In this document: positions 30,672 through 41,420 of the stretch, piece after piece
Numbering within the stretch: the stretch's first letter is position 1
How the letters are laid out: every line of letters starts with the position of its first letter
DNA from: an archaeon
Lineage (GTDB): Archaea; EX4484-52; B79-G9
DNA length: 43,370 nt
Direction: 5' to 3'
Assembly (NCBI GenBank): GCA_043813875.1
Contig: JBDRKP010000080.1
Span: 1 to 43,370 of the forward strand
Notes under the pieces: generated by a model
Seen by the model: only the letters and a program-made list of their open reading frames with translations
Database searches by the model: none
Told to the model about the DNA's origin: nothing
Made by a program: the position numbers and the translations under genes

Positions 30672-31436
30672 ATGGGAAAACAGACAATAGAAGCAATAGT
30701 AGATGGCGGAAAAGCATCCTCAGGCCCGCCTTTGGGACCGGCACTCGGCCCGATGGGCATAAACATAAAAGCAGTGATAGAAGCGATCAACGAAAAAACA
30801 AAAGACTTCAACAACATGAAAGTACCGGTAAAAGTCATAGTTGACAAAGACACAAAAGAATTCAGGATAGAGACAGGAAGCCCTGCAGTCTCCCAGCTCA
30901 TAAAAAAAGAAGCAAAACTCGAGAAACTATCAGGCAAAGCAGGATCCGAAATGGTCGCAGACCTTAAAATAGAACAGATAATCAAGATTGCCAAGATGAA
31001 AGAAGACACACTTCCGGCAAAAACAAGAAAAGACGCAGTAAAGACAGTGATAGGCACATGCTTATCCGGCGGCATACTTGTCGAAGGCAAAGACGCCCGT
31101 GAAACAATTAAAGACGTAAACGCAGGCAAATTTGATGAAAAAATAGCATCCGGAAAAACAGAACTCACCGCCGAAGAGATCAGGCAACAGGAAGAAGAAA
31201 AACGCAGGCTAAAACAAGAACTGGAAGACAAGAGACATGAATACGAAACCAAAGCCAAGCAGATAATAGGCGAAATGAAAGGCAAAGACAATAAAGAAAT
31301 AGAAACAAAGCTCAAAGAAGCAAATATTCCGGAATTGATATACAAATCACTATTACCGACAGAAGAATCCAAACTCAAAGAGGCCGGCAAAGAAGAACCC
31401 AAACCCAAAGAGACAGTCAAAGAGAAGAAAAAATAA
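30672..31436 (+). CDS. rpl11: 50S ribosomal protein uL11 with long charged C-terminal extension
   Basis: GGKASSGPPLGPALGP, VPVKV and GTCLSGG motifs. Confidence 0.95.
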   Translation: MGKQTIEAIVDGGKASSGPPLGPALGPMGINIKAVIEAINEKTKDFNNMKVPVKVIVDKDTKEFRIETGSPAVSQLIKKEAKLEKLSGKAGSEMVADLKIEQIIKIAKMKEDTLPAKTRKDAVKTVIGTCLSGGILVEGKDARETIKDVNAGKFDEKIASGKTELTAEEIRQQEEEKRRLKQELEDKRHEYETKAKQIIGEMKGKDNKEIETKLKEANIPELIYKSLLPTEESKLKEAGKEEPKPKETVKEKKK

Positions 31437-31448
31437 AGGTGCATCAGC

Positions 31449-32087
31449 TTGAACGAGAATGATCTGAACAAAATAATAAAAGAAGTCAAAGAAAAAAGCA
31501 AAAAAAGAAACTTCGTACAATCTATAGACATCTCCATAAACACCAAGCAGATTGACCTGAAAAAGCCGGAAAACAAATTCACAGAAGAGATTCGGCTCCA
31601 GAAAGGCCGTGGGAAAAACATAAAAGTCGCAGTGATTGGCGACAGCCTCATCATAAAATCAAAAGATTTGGCAGATGGACTGATAAACGAAAAAGAACTG
31701 ACAAAGCTTGAAAATGACAAAAAGGAACTCAAAAAGACATTAAACAAATATGACTGTTTCATCGCAGAAGCCCCATTCATGGTCAGGATAGGTAAGAATC
31801 TAGGTAGATTCATGGCGCCAAGAGGCAAGATGCCAAAACCGCTGCCACCTCAGGCCGATCCTGCACCGCTCATAAAACTGCTAAAAAACACGACTAGAGC
31901 AACACTAAAAAACAACTCTGCAATACATTGCGCAATCGGCACCGAAGCAATGAAAGATGAAGACATCATAATCAATCTCAACACAGTAATACAGGCAATC
32001 GAAAAAAAGCTTCCGAACGGCAAAGACAACATCAAGTCAATATACATAAAGACAACGATGGGCGCACCAATAAAAATAAACTACTAG
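31449..32087 (+). CDS. rpl1: 50S ribosomal protein uL1
   Basis: KRNFVQSID, LGRFMAPRGKMP and KTTMG motifs; TTG start after AGGTG. Confidence 0.95.
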   Translation: MNENDLNKIIKEVKEKSKKRNFVQSIDISINTKQIDLKKPENKFTEEIRLQKGRGKNIKVAVIGDSLIIKSKDLADGLINEKELTKLENDKKELKKTLNKYDCFIAEAPFMVRIGKNLGRFMAPRGKMPKPLPPQADPAPLIKLLKNTTRATLKNNSAIHCAIGTEAMKDEDIIINLNTVIQAIEKKLPNGKDNIKSIYIKTTMGAPIKINY

Positions 32088-32096
32088 GTGTAACAA

Positions 32097-33071
32097 ATGG
32101 TACAGGAATGGAAAATAAAAAAAGTTGAAGAACTCACAAAAGAACTTGAAAGCTCACCCGTAGTTGGCATGATTGACCTGCACGGCCTGGGCGCTGCCCA
32201 CCTTCAGCAGATGAAAAAAGACACGCGGGATTCAGCGAAAATCATAGTGACAAAAAAGACAATAATCCTAAGAGCGATCGAGAAATCAAAAAAAGAAAAC
32301 ATCAAAGACCTCACGAAATTCAACCCGCACATACCGGCACTCATACTCTCAAAAGACAATGCATTCAAGCTATACAAACGTCTTGAAAACTCAAAGACAG
32401 AAGCATTCGCAAGAACAGGAGACAAATCACCAAGAGACATCATAGTCCCTGCCGGCGAAACAAGCCTGCCGCCAGGACCAGTGATCAGCGACCTCCAGAA
32501 AGCTGGCCTGAAAGCAATGATACAGGGCGACAAAATCGCCATAAGAGAAGAATCCGTCTTCGTGAAGGAAGGCGAATTGATATCCGACATAAAAGCGAAC
32601 GTATTGATGAAACTCGACATAAAGCCGATGGAGATCGGCTTAAACATTGTCGGAGCACACGAAGGAAACATCGTCTTCGACAAATCCGTATTGGCTATAG
32701 ACACCCAGGAATACATCACAAAGCTCCAGACCGCATACACACAGGCGTTCAACCTTGCATACAATGCAGACATATACACCAAAGAGATCATGCCACAGAA
32801 GATACAGGAAGCATACAAAAACGCAATGAACCTTGGAATAAACAGGGAAATTGAAAACAAAGTCACAATACCATTCATAATCCAGAAAGCAAACACTGAA
32901 ATGCTATCTGTTGCATCGCAATTGCCAGCTGATGTAAGAGGAAGCGCAACAGTGACCATAAATCAGGCACCGGCAGCACAGGATCAGGCAAAAACAGAAG
33001 GAAAGAAACAAGAAGAAAAGCCAAAATCAGACGAAGAAGCCGCATCCGGTCTGGGAGCGCTTTTCGGATAG
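32097..33071 (+). CDS. rplP0: 50S ribosomal protein uL10 (P0)
   Basis: WKIKKVEEL, PAGET..PPGP and C-terminal EEAASGLGALFG. Confidence 0.95.
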   Translation: MVQEWKIKKVEELTKELESSPVVGMIDLHGLGAAHLQQMKKDTRDSAKIIVTKKTIILRAIEKSKKENIKDLTKFNPHIPALILSKDNAFKLYKRLENSKTEAFARTGDKSPRDIIVPAGETSLPPGPVISDLQKAGLKAMIQGDKIAIREESVFVKEGELISDIKANVLMKLDIKPMEIGLNIVGAHEGNIVFDKSVLAIDTQEYITKLQTAYTQAFNLAYNADIYTKEIMPQKIQEAYKNAMNLGINREIENKVTIPFIIQKANTEMLSVASQLPADVRGSATVTINQAPAAQDQAKTEGKKQEEKPKSDEEAASGLGALFG

Positions 33072-33118
33072 AAAAATAAGAAGGACAATATAATATTAAT
33101 GACTCGGAGGAGAGCACC

Positions 33119-33421
33119 ATGGAATACATATACAGTGCAATGCTATTGCACGCAGCAGGCCAAAAAGTAGACGAAGCTTCCGTAAAAAAAGTAATGACCG
33201 CATCAGGCGCAAAAACAGACGAATCAAGAATCAAAGCACTTGTCGCAGCACTTGACGGCGTAAACATCGACGAAGCAATCGCAAAGGCAGCAATCGCACC
33301 ACAGGCATCAGCACCACAAGCTGCAGCAGCACCACATGCAGAGAAAAAAGAAGAAAAGAAAGTCGACAAGACAAAAACAGACGAAGAAGCTGCATCTGGT
33401 TTGGGCGCTCTATTCGGTTAA
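33119..33421 (+). CDS. rpl12: 50S ribosomal stalk protein P1/L12
   Basis: MEYIYSAMLLH, Ala-rich hinge and EEAASGLGALFG. Confidence 0.97.
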   Translation: MEYIYSAMLLHAAGQKVDEASVKKVMTASGAKTDESRIKALVAALDGVNIDEAIAKAAIAPQASAPQAAAAPHAEKKEEKKVDKTKTDEEAASGLGALFG

Positions 33422-33452
33422 AGGCACAAGCCTTTACCGGTTTTATTTATTC
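33415..33452 (+). terminator. Hairpin plus T-tract after rpl12
   Basis: TAAAGGC-ACAA-GCCTTTA followed by TTTTATTTATT. Confidence 0.65.
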
Positions 33453-33714
33453 AGCAATCCCAAATCAGGCGCTTCCTAGTTCTATTTCTATTATAGTTAA
33501 CGTCATTACTAAATGGACAAACTTAGCCAAAAACCAAGAGACGTTAATCTATATGGTGAAGACACGATCTTCAAAAGTTATGTCTTCAACGATAATTTAA
33601 CTACCCGTTTTCAACCGATTCTCACCCATAAAACATAAAAAACTGCCATCTTAACTAGAAGAGACCTTCTCAAAAAGAGAATTCCAAAAAATAGTTAAAA
33701 TAACAGGTGATACG

Positions 33715-34533
33715 ATGACAAAAGAAAACACAAAAGACATAAACATAAGCAATCTCCTAGAGACCCTAAAACAGAACAGACCCATAATCCACCACATCAC
33801 AAACTATGTCACAGTAAACGAATGCGCAAACATCACCCTCGCAATCGGCGCAGCCCCAGTCATGGCCCACGCAAAAGAGGAGGTAGAGGAGATGGTATCA
33901 ATCTCAAACGCCCTCGTCTTAAACATCGGCACCCTGGACCCGGACCAGATAGAATCAATGCTTATCGCCGGCAAAAAAGCAAACGAACTCGGAATCCCCG
34001 TAATCCTTGACCCATGCGGCGCAGGCGCAACAACACTGCGCACAGAAACCGCAAAAAAACTCATAAAACAACTAAACATAGCAATAATCAAAGGCAACGC
34101 AGGCGAAATCGGAACACTAGCAGAAGTAGAGGCAGAAGTACACGGCGTAGAATCCGGCGGCATGTTTGGCGACACCCAAAAAGTCGCGCAATCACTAGCA
34201 AAAAAGACAGGCTCAACCGTAGTCATCACAGGGAAAATCGACATAGTGGCAGACAAAGACCGCATCTACAGGATAGGAAACGGCAGCCCCATGACAGGAA
34301 AAATCACTGGCGGCGGCTGCATGACAGCATCACTGATAGCATCATTCAGAGCCATAGAAAAAGACCCGGTAATTGCATCAGTAGCAGCGCTGGTATGCTT
34401 CGGGATAGCCCAGGAACTCGCAGAAAAACAATCAAAAGGCCCGCTAGACTATAGGAAAAACCTCATCGACGAGCTCGCAAACATGACAAAAGAAAAGATA
34501 GAAGCGCACCAAAACTACGCAAAAGTCATGTAA
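33715..34533 (+). CDS. thiM: Hydroxyethylthiazole kinase
   Basis: HHITNYVT.N, PVMA, LNIGTL, KGNAGEI and TGGGC motifs. Confidence 0.95.
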   Translation: MTKENTKDINISNLLETLKQNRPIIHHITNYVTVNECANITLAIGAAPVMAHAKEEVEEMVSISNALVLNIGTLDPDQIESMLIAGKKANELGIPVILDPCGAGATTLRTETAKKLIKQLNIAIIKGNAGEIGTLAEVEAEVHGVESGGMFGDTQKVAQSLAKKTGSTVVITGKIDIVADKDRIYRIGNGSPMTGKITGGGCMTASLIASFRAIEKDPVIASVAALVCFGIAQELAEKQSKGPLDYRKNLIDELANMTKEKIEAHQNYAKVM

Positions 34534-34622
34534 AAAATCATGAAATTTCGGTATGATTGGGGGATTTCAAGCTTTTTTATTAACTCTGTATACTTTATGT
34601 ACAATAAAAAATCATGAGATTT
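34531..34622. repeat. Two 18-bp direct repeats TAAAAAATCATGA(A/G)ATTT, 56 bp apart
   Basis: Copies at 34531-34548 (overlapping the thiM stop) and 34605-34622; one mismatch; TCATGA palindromic core. Confidence 0.75.
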
Positions 34623-34802
34623 GCGCTTCTTACTCCAGATCAGGATATCAAACATAATAAGTGCGCTTTTTGCCTGAAAACAGCGCATAAAGCCTACAAA
34701 TCCGGCTTGATAGTTGTTACATTCAATTGCCCCCTCACTGATAGTTATTGAAAAGTGCCCGCCTTAAAAAAGAATTAAATAGTCTAACTAATAATAAAAC
34801 GT

Positions 34803-35210
34803 ATGAACAAACGCATTATAATTTTTTTACTGATTTTTATCGCAGGCTCTCTTGCAGGTATGATCGGATATTTGGATGCCAAAATAACTACTTTTGAAGA
34901 ATGTGAGAAAGCCGGCTGGCTGATTCGTAGTATTAGGGTATATGACAGTATAGGCGGCTATGGCTCTATTGAGAAAGAATGCTTACTATGGAATGGCAAG
35001 AGTTTTATAAAACGATCACAAGAACTGACTGACGATCAAAAAAGGGCTGTTGAAATAGCTATTGCTCCTCTAAGTTATCCTACGACAATCATTGAAGTAA
35101 AAAAATTAGACTGTCCTGGCTGTTTTTCTATAACTCTTCAAAGAGATGATAATCAACACCAATTCACTATAGCGCTCAATGACTGGAAAATTACAGACAT
35201 TACAGACTGA
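34803..35210 (+). CDS. Membrane-anchored hypothetical protein with Cys pairs
   Basis: N-terminal TM helix; ITTFEECEKAG...C...GKSF and CPGCF; T-rich codon usage unlike neighbours. Confidence 0.7.
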   Translation: MNKRIIIFLLIFIAGSLAGMIGYLDAKITTFEECEKAGWLIRSIRVYDSIGGYGSIEKECLLWNGKSFIKRSQELTDDQKRAVEIAIAPLSYPTTIIEVKKLDCPGCFSITLQRDDNQHQFTIALNDWKITDITD

Positions 35211-35355
35211 ATAAAAAATCAACGCCGTACACTTTCTTATTTTACAAAAACGCCCGGTTGCAAACTCTTCGCCATATACCCATCCATTCCAATCGTACCA
35301 GACTATTGATATTTATAAATATTGCAACAAAGGCATTTCAGGCCAACACAAAGAC

Positions 35356-35997
35356 ATGCAAGCGGTGAAAAAAATAGAAACACAACCAAAAATCCAAAGA
35401 CTATACCTCATAACAGACAGGCACTTATCAAGACAGGGCGAAGAAAAAGACGCAGAAGACGCCCTAAAAGCAGGGATAAAGATAATCCAGTACCGCGAAA
35501 AAGACCTGCCACAAGAACAGATTCTAAAGACCGCAGAAAAGCTAAGAGCCCTCACAAGAGAATACGGCGCCACACTCATAATCAACGATCACCCAGAAAT
35601 CGCAGAAAAAGTGCACGCAGACGGCCTCCACATAGGCCAGGGCGACACCAACATACATGAAGCAAGAAAGATATTCAAAGGAAAAATAATCGGCGTCTCA
35701 GCAAAAACACTGGAAGAATCAAAAAAAGCAGAACGAGAAGGCGCAACCTACATCGGCCTCGGCCCCATCTTCGACACGGCAACAAAGAATGACGCAGGAC
35801 AAGGAATCGGCCTAAACAAATTAAAAGAAATAAAAAAAACAATAAATATCCCGATAGTAGCGATCGGCGGCATAAACAGACAGAACGCAAAAGAAGTACT
35901 GGAATCAGGCGCAGATTCAATTGCAGTAGTATCCGCGATAATAGGAAAAGACATAAAGATAGAGACAGAAAATCTCATAAAAATCACTGGGCGCTAA
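35356..35997 (+). CDS. thiE: Thiamine-phosphate synthase
   Basis: LYLITD, QYREK, INDH, HIGQGD, TATK and AIGGI motifs. Confidence 0.95.
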   Translation: MQAVKKIETQPKIQRLYLITDRHLSRQGEEKDAEDALKAGIKIIQYREKDLPQEQILKTAEKLRALTREYGATLIINDHPEIAEKVHADGLHIGQGDTNIHEARKIFKGKIIGVSAKTLEESKKAEREGATYIGLGPIFDTATKNDAGQGIGLNKLKEIKKTINIPIVAIGGINRQNAKEVLESGADSIAVVSAIIGKDIKIETENLIKITGR

Positions 35998-35998
35998 A

Positions 35999-37237
35999 AT
36001 GACCTTACTAAAAAAAGCAAAAGACGGAACAATAACAAAAGAGATGAAAGAAGTAGCGAGAATTGAGAACCTCGACCCAGAATACATAAGAGAAGGCATA
36101 GCGAAAGGCGCGATAATAATCCCGAAAAACAAAGAGCGGAACACAGACCCGACAGGCATAGGAAAAGGCCTGACAACAAAGATCAACGTCAACATAGGCA
36201 CATCGCAGGACCGCGAGAATTTCGGCGAGGAACTGAAAAAAATGCAGATAGCGATAAGATACGGCGCAGACGCCATCATGGACCTGAGCACCGGTTCTAA
36301 CATCAACAGGCTAAGACAGATGATGATAAAAAAATCAACAATACCTGTCGGGACAGTCCCCATCTACCAGACCGCGACAAAGCACGAAAAGATAACAGAC
36401 ATGACAAAAGAATCCATGTTCGAAGCGATAGAGACACACGCAAAAGACGGCGTAGACTTCATAACAGTCCATTGCGGCGTTACCCAAAAAGTGCTCGAAA
36501 CACTAAAAAACCATCCCCGCACAATAGGGATAGTAAGCCGTGGAGGCTCATTCCTCGCAAGATGGATGGCCCACCACAGAAAAGAGAACCCCTACTACGA
36601 ATACTACGAGGAACTGCTCGGACTTGCAAGGAAATACGACCTTACATTGAGCCTTGGCGATGGTCTAAGACCCGGCTGTATAGCTGACGCCACAGACAGG
36701 AGCCAGGTACAGGAACTCATGACCCTTGGCGAACTGGCGAAAAGAGCATATGAAAGCGACGTCCAGGTGATGATAGAAGGTCCCGGCCACGTGCCGATGG
36801 ATCAGATAGAGACAAACATGAGGCTGGAGAAATCATTATGCAACAACGCTCCATTCTACGTCCTCGGTCCCCTCGTGACAGACATCGCCCCGGGCTACGA
36901 CCACATCACCTCAGCCATCGGCGGCGCAATAGCCGCAGCAAACGGCGCAGACTTCCTCTGCTACGTCACCCCGTCAGAGCACTTGGCCCTCCCGACAGCA
37001 GAAGACGTGAAACAGGGCGTGATAGCCGCAAAAATCGCAGCCCACGCAGCCGACATCGCAAAAGGCATCCAAAGCGCAATCGAACGCGACAGGCAGATGT
37101 CAGAGGCAAGAAAAGCATTGGACTGGAAAAAGCAGCAAGAACTGGCAATAGACCCCGAAGCATTCGGAAAATACCGCAAAGACAAAGACCACGAGACCTG
37201 CACCATGTGCGGCAGATTCTGCTCCATGAAAAGATGA
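35999..37237 (+). CDS. thiC: Phosphomethylpyrimidine synthase
   Basis: [46 protein letters not shown] and CTMCG..C motifs. Confidence 0.96.
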   Translation: MTLLKKAKDGTITKEMKEVARIENLDPEYIREGIAKGAIIIPKNKERNTDPTGIGKGLTTKINVNIGTSQDRENFGEELKKMQIAIRYGADAIMDLSTGSNINRLRQMMIKKSTIPVGTVPIYQTATKHEKITDMTKESMFEAIETHAKDGVDFITVHCGVTQKVLETLKNHPRTIGIVSRGGSFLARWMAHHRKENPYYEYYEELLGLARKYDLTLSLGDGLRPGCIADATDRSQVQELMTLGELAKRAYESDVQVMIEGPGHVPMDQIETNMRLEKSLCNNAPFYVLGPLVTDIAPGYDHITSAIGGAIAAANGADFLCYVTPSEHLALPTAEDVKQGVIAAKIAAHAADIAKGIQSAIERDRQMSEARKALDWKKQQELAIDPEAFGKYRKDKDHETCTMCGRFCSMKR

Positions 37238-37373
37238 TTTAAAAACGCGGGATGGCGCTCAAGCCCAACATCACAAGAATATTTCTCTCAAGAAACAATC
37301 TAAAACACGAAACCGAAACATTTATAATAATTAACCACCACAAAATAGTAACAATAATATCAGGTAGAAAAAT

Positions 37374-37931
37374 ATGCCAACCTCATGGTTCGCCCTCGGT
37401 CGGGAAGAGAATATATGCTACATCGCAAAAATAGACACAAACAATTACACTGAACTAGAAGATATACCGATATACCCTTTTATCGAAAGTGCAATCAGAG
37501 ACACGTGCGGTAGTGATAATCCTCCATGCTGCCTGAACGCTGTGATAGGCACAGATATGACTATTGAGGGCATTAAAAAATCGGTGAATACTGAAGGAAA
37601 TGATACAGATATTGAAAACATCATTCCTTCCAAGAACATATCAGAAATACTCTTCTACGATAAAGCACAATTAGAAGTTATCAAAAAGAAATACTTTAAT
37701 GGAAACGGTTCCAAGAACAGCAGATACAATGACCTCCAAGAAGCAGGCATCTATCGGAGTAATGAGGTTATAGTAGAGTCCCTAAGCAAACCCTACCTTG
37801 CAGATATCACTGGCAACAACACCCCTCTTGTAACAGTCAATACTCCAAGTGACCATTACAAAAAAGACAATAAATATCCAGGATTAGAAATCATTTGTGT
37901 GAAGACGTCAAAGTCTCAACAGAAAAGCTGA
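37374..37931 (+). CDS. Hypothetical protein
   Basis: 185-aa ORF preceded by CGAAACATTTATA (BRE-TATA-like). Confidence 0.6.
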   Translation: MPTSWFALGREENICYIAKIDTNNYTELEDIPIYPFIESAIRDTCGSDNPPCCLNAVIGTDMTIEGIKKSVNTEGNDTDIENIIPSKNISEILFYDKAQLEVIKKKYFNGNGSKNSRYNDLQEAGIYRSNEVIVESLSKPYLADITGNNTPLVTVNTPSDHYKKDNKYPGLEIICVKTSKSQQKS

Positions 37932-38111
37932 AAAAGCGACATCCACGGCCTAGATATAACCGACCTCTGCACCACGAACTCAGAGATATCAGGCCACACC
38001 AAGATAGAGCATGTCTAATACACTTCTCCAATCGTCGGACACCCCAAAGAGGATTATAAAACATTTATATATTTACTACTCCATATCAACGCAACATATG
38101 GTGACAACAAT

Positions 38112-39430
38112 ATGACAGAGATAGAGATAAACAAGGAAATCGACTCGATAACAATGCCGGAGAACTTAAGGATCTCCCAGATGGTAAGAGAACACAGGTC
38201 ATGCTGCGAAAACCCGGCGCACAAATTCGAATACTACAACTTCGCATTCGGCCAGTCGCCGTTCCACATACCTCCCCCGATAACAGAAGCCTTGAGGGCA
38301 AGCGCAGACAACGGCAACTACACAGTCGCAGACGGCATAATGGACCTAAGAAAAGCCATCTCTGGCTTCAACAGGAGGCACTTCGGCCTCGACATCGACC
38401 CGGAACGCATAATGGTAGGCCCCGGCACAAAGCAGCTCATATACCTCGCACTTGAAATCATCAGCGGCGACGTGATAATCCCCTCGCCTTCATGGATAGG
38501 CTACCTCCCCCAGGTAAAGATACTCAAAAAACCATACCACATATACCACCTGAAGCCCGAACACGACTACAGGATAGACCCTGACGGCCTGGAAAGCTTC
38601 CTTGCTGGCCTCCCGAAAATCCAGCACATGCTCATCCTGAACAACCCCCACAACCCCACCGGCGCAGTACACACAAAACAAGAGCTCAAAAAAATAGCAG
38701 ACATCTGCAGGAACCACAACACACTCATCCTCTCAGACGAGATATACGCACTCACCACCTACGACATCAAAAAATTCACAAGCCTGGGAAACATCTATCC
38801 TGAAGGCACCTTCATAACCAACGGCCTCTCAAAAGACCGCTCAGCAGGCGGCTATCGACTTGGCTCATGCATATTCCCACAAAACGACACAGAAAAGATG
38901 AAAAGCGCATTCAAGAAAACAGCAGCAAAATATACACGAACGTAGCCGCCCCCATACAGCACGCAGCGATAACAGCCTACGAGCCCAACAAAGAGATAGA
39001 AGAATACATGAATACAACAAGACAGATCCACAGGATCATGGGCCAGTACACAAGCGAGGAATTCAACAAAATCGACGGGCTAAAAGCCACCACACCACAG
39101 GGCGCATTTTACTTCTTCCTTGACTTCAACGACCTCAAGGACGACCTGAAAAGAAAAGGCGTCAAGACCTCAAACGAGCTCATGCACTCCCTGATATCAG
39201 ACCCTCACCACATAGCGACAGTCACCGGCGATGCATGCATGATAAATCCCGACAACTACGGCGCAAGAATCGCCTTCGTAGACTACGACGGGAAAAAGAC
39301 CTACGACAACTACACAAAAGACCCCCCTAAAACAAAATCAGACGAACAGCACTTCGCAAAAGAGAACGCACCGCTCATGGTAAAAGGCATAGAAGCCCTG
39401 AAAAATTACATAAGATACATCACATCCTGA
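38112..39430 (+). pseudogene. Class I/II PLP aminotransferase split by a single frameshift near 38927-38930
   Basis: ORF1 has NNPHNPTG, SDEIY and GLSK...GYRLG; the C-terminal domain (IYTNVAAPIQ, PQGAFY) continues in the -1 frame. Could be a sequencing error. Confidence 0.85.
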
Positions 39431-39474
39431 ACACATCAACAAGATATATAAAACAAACACAACAATTACACTCC

Positions 39475-39804
39475 ATGATGGAAATGATAGAACAAGACCC
39501 CGCAAAAAGGATAAACAAGAACATAGAACTGATTCTCAATCACGCAACACTCATCGGCAACCACAACCCAAAAACAGAACCAAAATACAGAAACGACATA
39601 AAACAGACAGAATCAGGACTGCCGGAACTACTGAAAATCAGCAGGCATCAAAACACCTCAAAACGCCCATTACCGTTAAGCAATCAAAAAAACCCGCTGG
39701 AACTGAAAGGGCTTGCAATAACAGACCACCTGAAAGAAACAATAGACACTCACCACGGACTGCACAATCCGATAGAACTCATAAGAAAACAGACACGGAT
39801 ATAA
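39475..39804 (+). CDS. Hypothetical protein
   Basis: 109-aa ORF with TATATAAA upstream; no motif. Confidence 0.45.
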   Translation: MMEMIEQDPAKRINKNIELILNHATLIGNHNPKTEPKYRNDIKQTESGLPELLKISRHQNTSKRPLPLSNQKNPLELKGLAITDHLKETIDTHHGLHNPIELIRKQTRI

Positions 39805-39890
39805 ATAAAATCACCATCATTACCGCTTCTTCTACCAAAAAAAAATAACAAAAAATCAGAATAATAAATTCTGATATCCATACAATAACA

Positions 39891-40457
39891 ATGATAAAGC
39901 TTAAAGAAAAATATCTGTGGCTCAAAAAGAACGGCCTTCTTGATACAGACGTAATCATCCCAGCATCACTTGCAACAGCATCTCACCTCATCGCCCTCCA
40001 TCCATTGAACGGAGACGTGAACAGCAACCTTTACGCCATACTGCCGGAAATAGACAACTTGACACACTTCCTTGGCGGATATGCAGTCTCATCGATAGCA
40101 GGAAAACTATACAATCCAATCTCAGCACGATTCAAAGGCATCAAAAAAATACCAGTAGGAAGCTTTGCAATCGGCGCAACCATCTTCTTTGGCGGACTCA
40201 ACGAGATTGGAGAAAAGATACTCTCAGCAACCCCAGGATACGAAATATACTATGAACCGATATCAAATTCAATAAAAGACATGATAGTAAACATCATAGG
40301 TGCATTGACCCAAATACAGATAAGCCGCAGAAGAAAAACAACTCCAGAATTTAAAGATAAAAAAGAATATATACCCCATGACAAAAATATCCGAAATCGG
40401 CGGCGAACAGGCCCTGATAAAACGCATCGAAAAAAAAATCAAAGTAAACCCCAATGA
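39891..40457 (+). CDS. Hypothetical membrane protein, VanZ/DUF2238-like H...E...D motif
   Basis: DNLTHFLGG, GLNEIGE and SIKDMIVNIIG; 3' end overlaps thiL by 80 nt. Confidence 0.6.
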   Translation: MIKLKEKYLWLKKNGLLDTDVIIPASLATASHLIALHPLNGDVNSNLYAILPEIDNLTHFLGGYAVSSIAGKLYNPISARFKGIKKIPVGSFAIGATIFFGGLNEIGEKILSATPGYEIYYEPISNSIKDMIVNIIGALTQIQISRRRKTTPEFKDKKEYIPHDKNIRNRRRTGPDKTHRKKNQSKPQ

Positions 40458-41409
40458 AGTCATCCTCGGCATCGGTGACGACGCAGCCGTGACAAGACCA
40501 CCGGAATCAGGCAAAAACCTTGTACTCACCACAGACATGCTTGTAGAAAACAGCCACTTCTCAAGAGCCACATACACTCCCGAACAGATTGGCAGAAAAT
40601 CAGCCGTCTCAAACATCTCAGACATAGCAGCGATGGGCGCCACCCCAAAACACATGCTCATATCCCTCGCCATACCAGACGACATAACAGTAGAATTCAT
40701 AGACGAACTATACGACGGCATAATCAAAGAGACAGAACAGCACAAAATAAACATAATCGGCGGCAACATCACAGGCTCACCATCAGGCGCACTCATAATA
40801 AACGTCGTCATCATCGGCGAGATAGACACAGAGATCCGTAGATCGGGCGCAAGACCAGGCGACATCCTGATGGTCACAGGCGACCTTGGCAAATCCGGCG
40901 CAGGCCTCTACATCCTCCAGCACAACCCCAGGATCAGCGAAGAATCCAAAAAGACACTAAAAACAGCCCATCTTGAGCCACAGCACCGCCTGAAAGAATC
41001 ACACATACTAAAAAGACTCAACTGCATCACCTCGATGAACGACATAAGTGATGGCCTTGCGACAGAAATAAAAGAGATCTGCGAAGCAAGCGACGTCGGC
41101 GCAATCATCTACAGAGACTTGATACCGACATCCAAAGCGACAGAAGAACTCTTAAAATCCATAGGAAAAGACACAAAAGAAACCGCACTATACGCCGGCG
41201 AAGACTACGAACTCCTCTTCACATCCAAAAAAGAGAATGCAAAAAAAATAATAGAGACCTTAAAAAAAGAGACAGGAACAACCGCAACAATCATCGGAAA
41301 AATGACAGAAGAAAAAAAGATATGCCTCAAAGACGAGAACAACACACAGGAACTAAAAAAAACAGGCTACGACCACTTCAAAGAAAACCCGTTTGACTAC
41401 AAAAAATAA
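40378..41409 (+). CDS. thiL: Thiamine-monophosphate kinase
   Basis: GIGDDAA, TTDMLVE..HF, NISDIAAMG, GGN, DISDGL, GEDYEL and GYDHF motifs. Confidence 0.96.
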   Translation: MTKISEIGGEQALIKRIEKKIKVNPNEVILGIGDDAAVTRPPESGKNLVLTTDMLVENSHFSRATYTPEQIGRKSAVSNISDIAAMGATPKHMLISLAIPDDITVEFIDELYDGIIKETEQHKINIIGGNITGSPSGALIINVVIIGEIDTEIRRSGARPGDILMVTGDLGKSGAGLYILQHNPRISEESKKTLKTAHLEPQHRLKESHILKRLNCITSMNDISDGLATEIKEICEASDVGAIIYRDLIPTSKATEELLKSIGKDTKETALYAGEDYELLFTSKKENAKKIIETLKKETGTTATIIGKMTEEKKICLKDENNTQELKKTGYDHFKENPFDYKK

Positions 41410-41420
41410 CAATAAAGCAA

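Noticed and set aside
33030..33421. Similar DNA at the 3' ends of rplP0 and rpl12
   Set aside because: Expected shared C-terminal stalk motif (EEAASGLGALFG), not a mobile repeat.
34531..34622. Mini-CRISPR array
   Set aside because: Only two 18-bp repeats with a 56-bp spacer and no cas genes.
34620..34650. Minus-strand CCTGATCTGGAGTAA resembling the 3' half of a TPP riboswitch
   Set aside because: Wrong strand relative to the thi genes, with no CTGAGA element or P5 complement.
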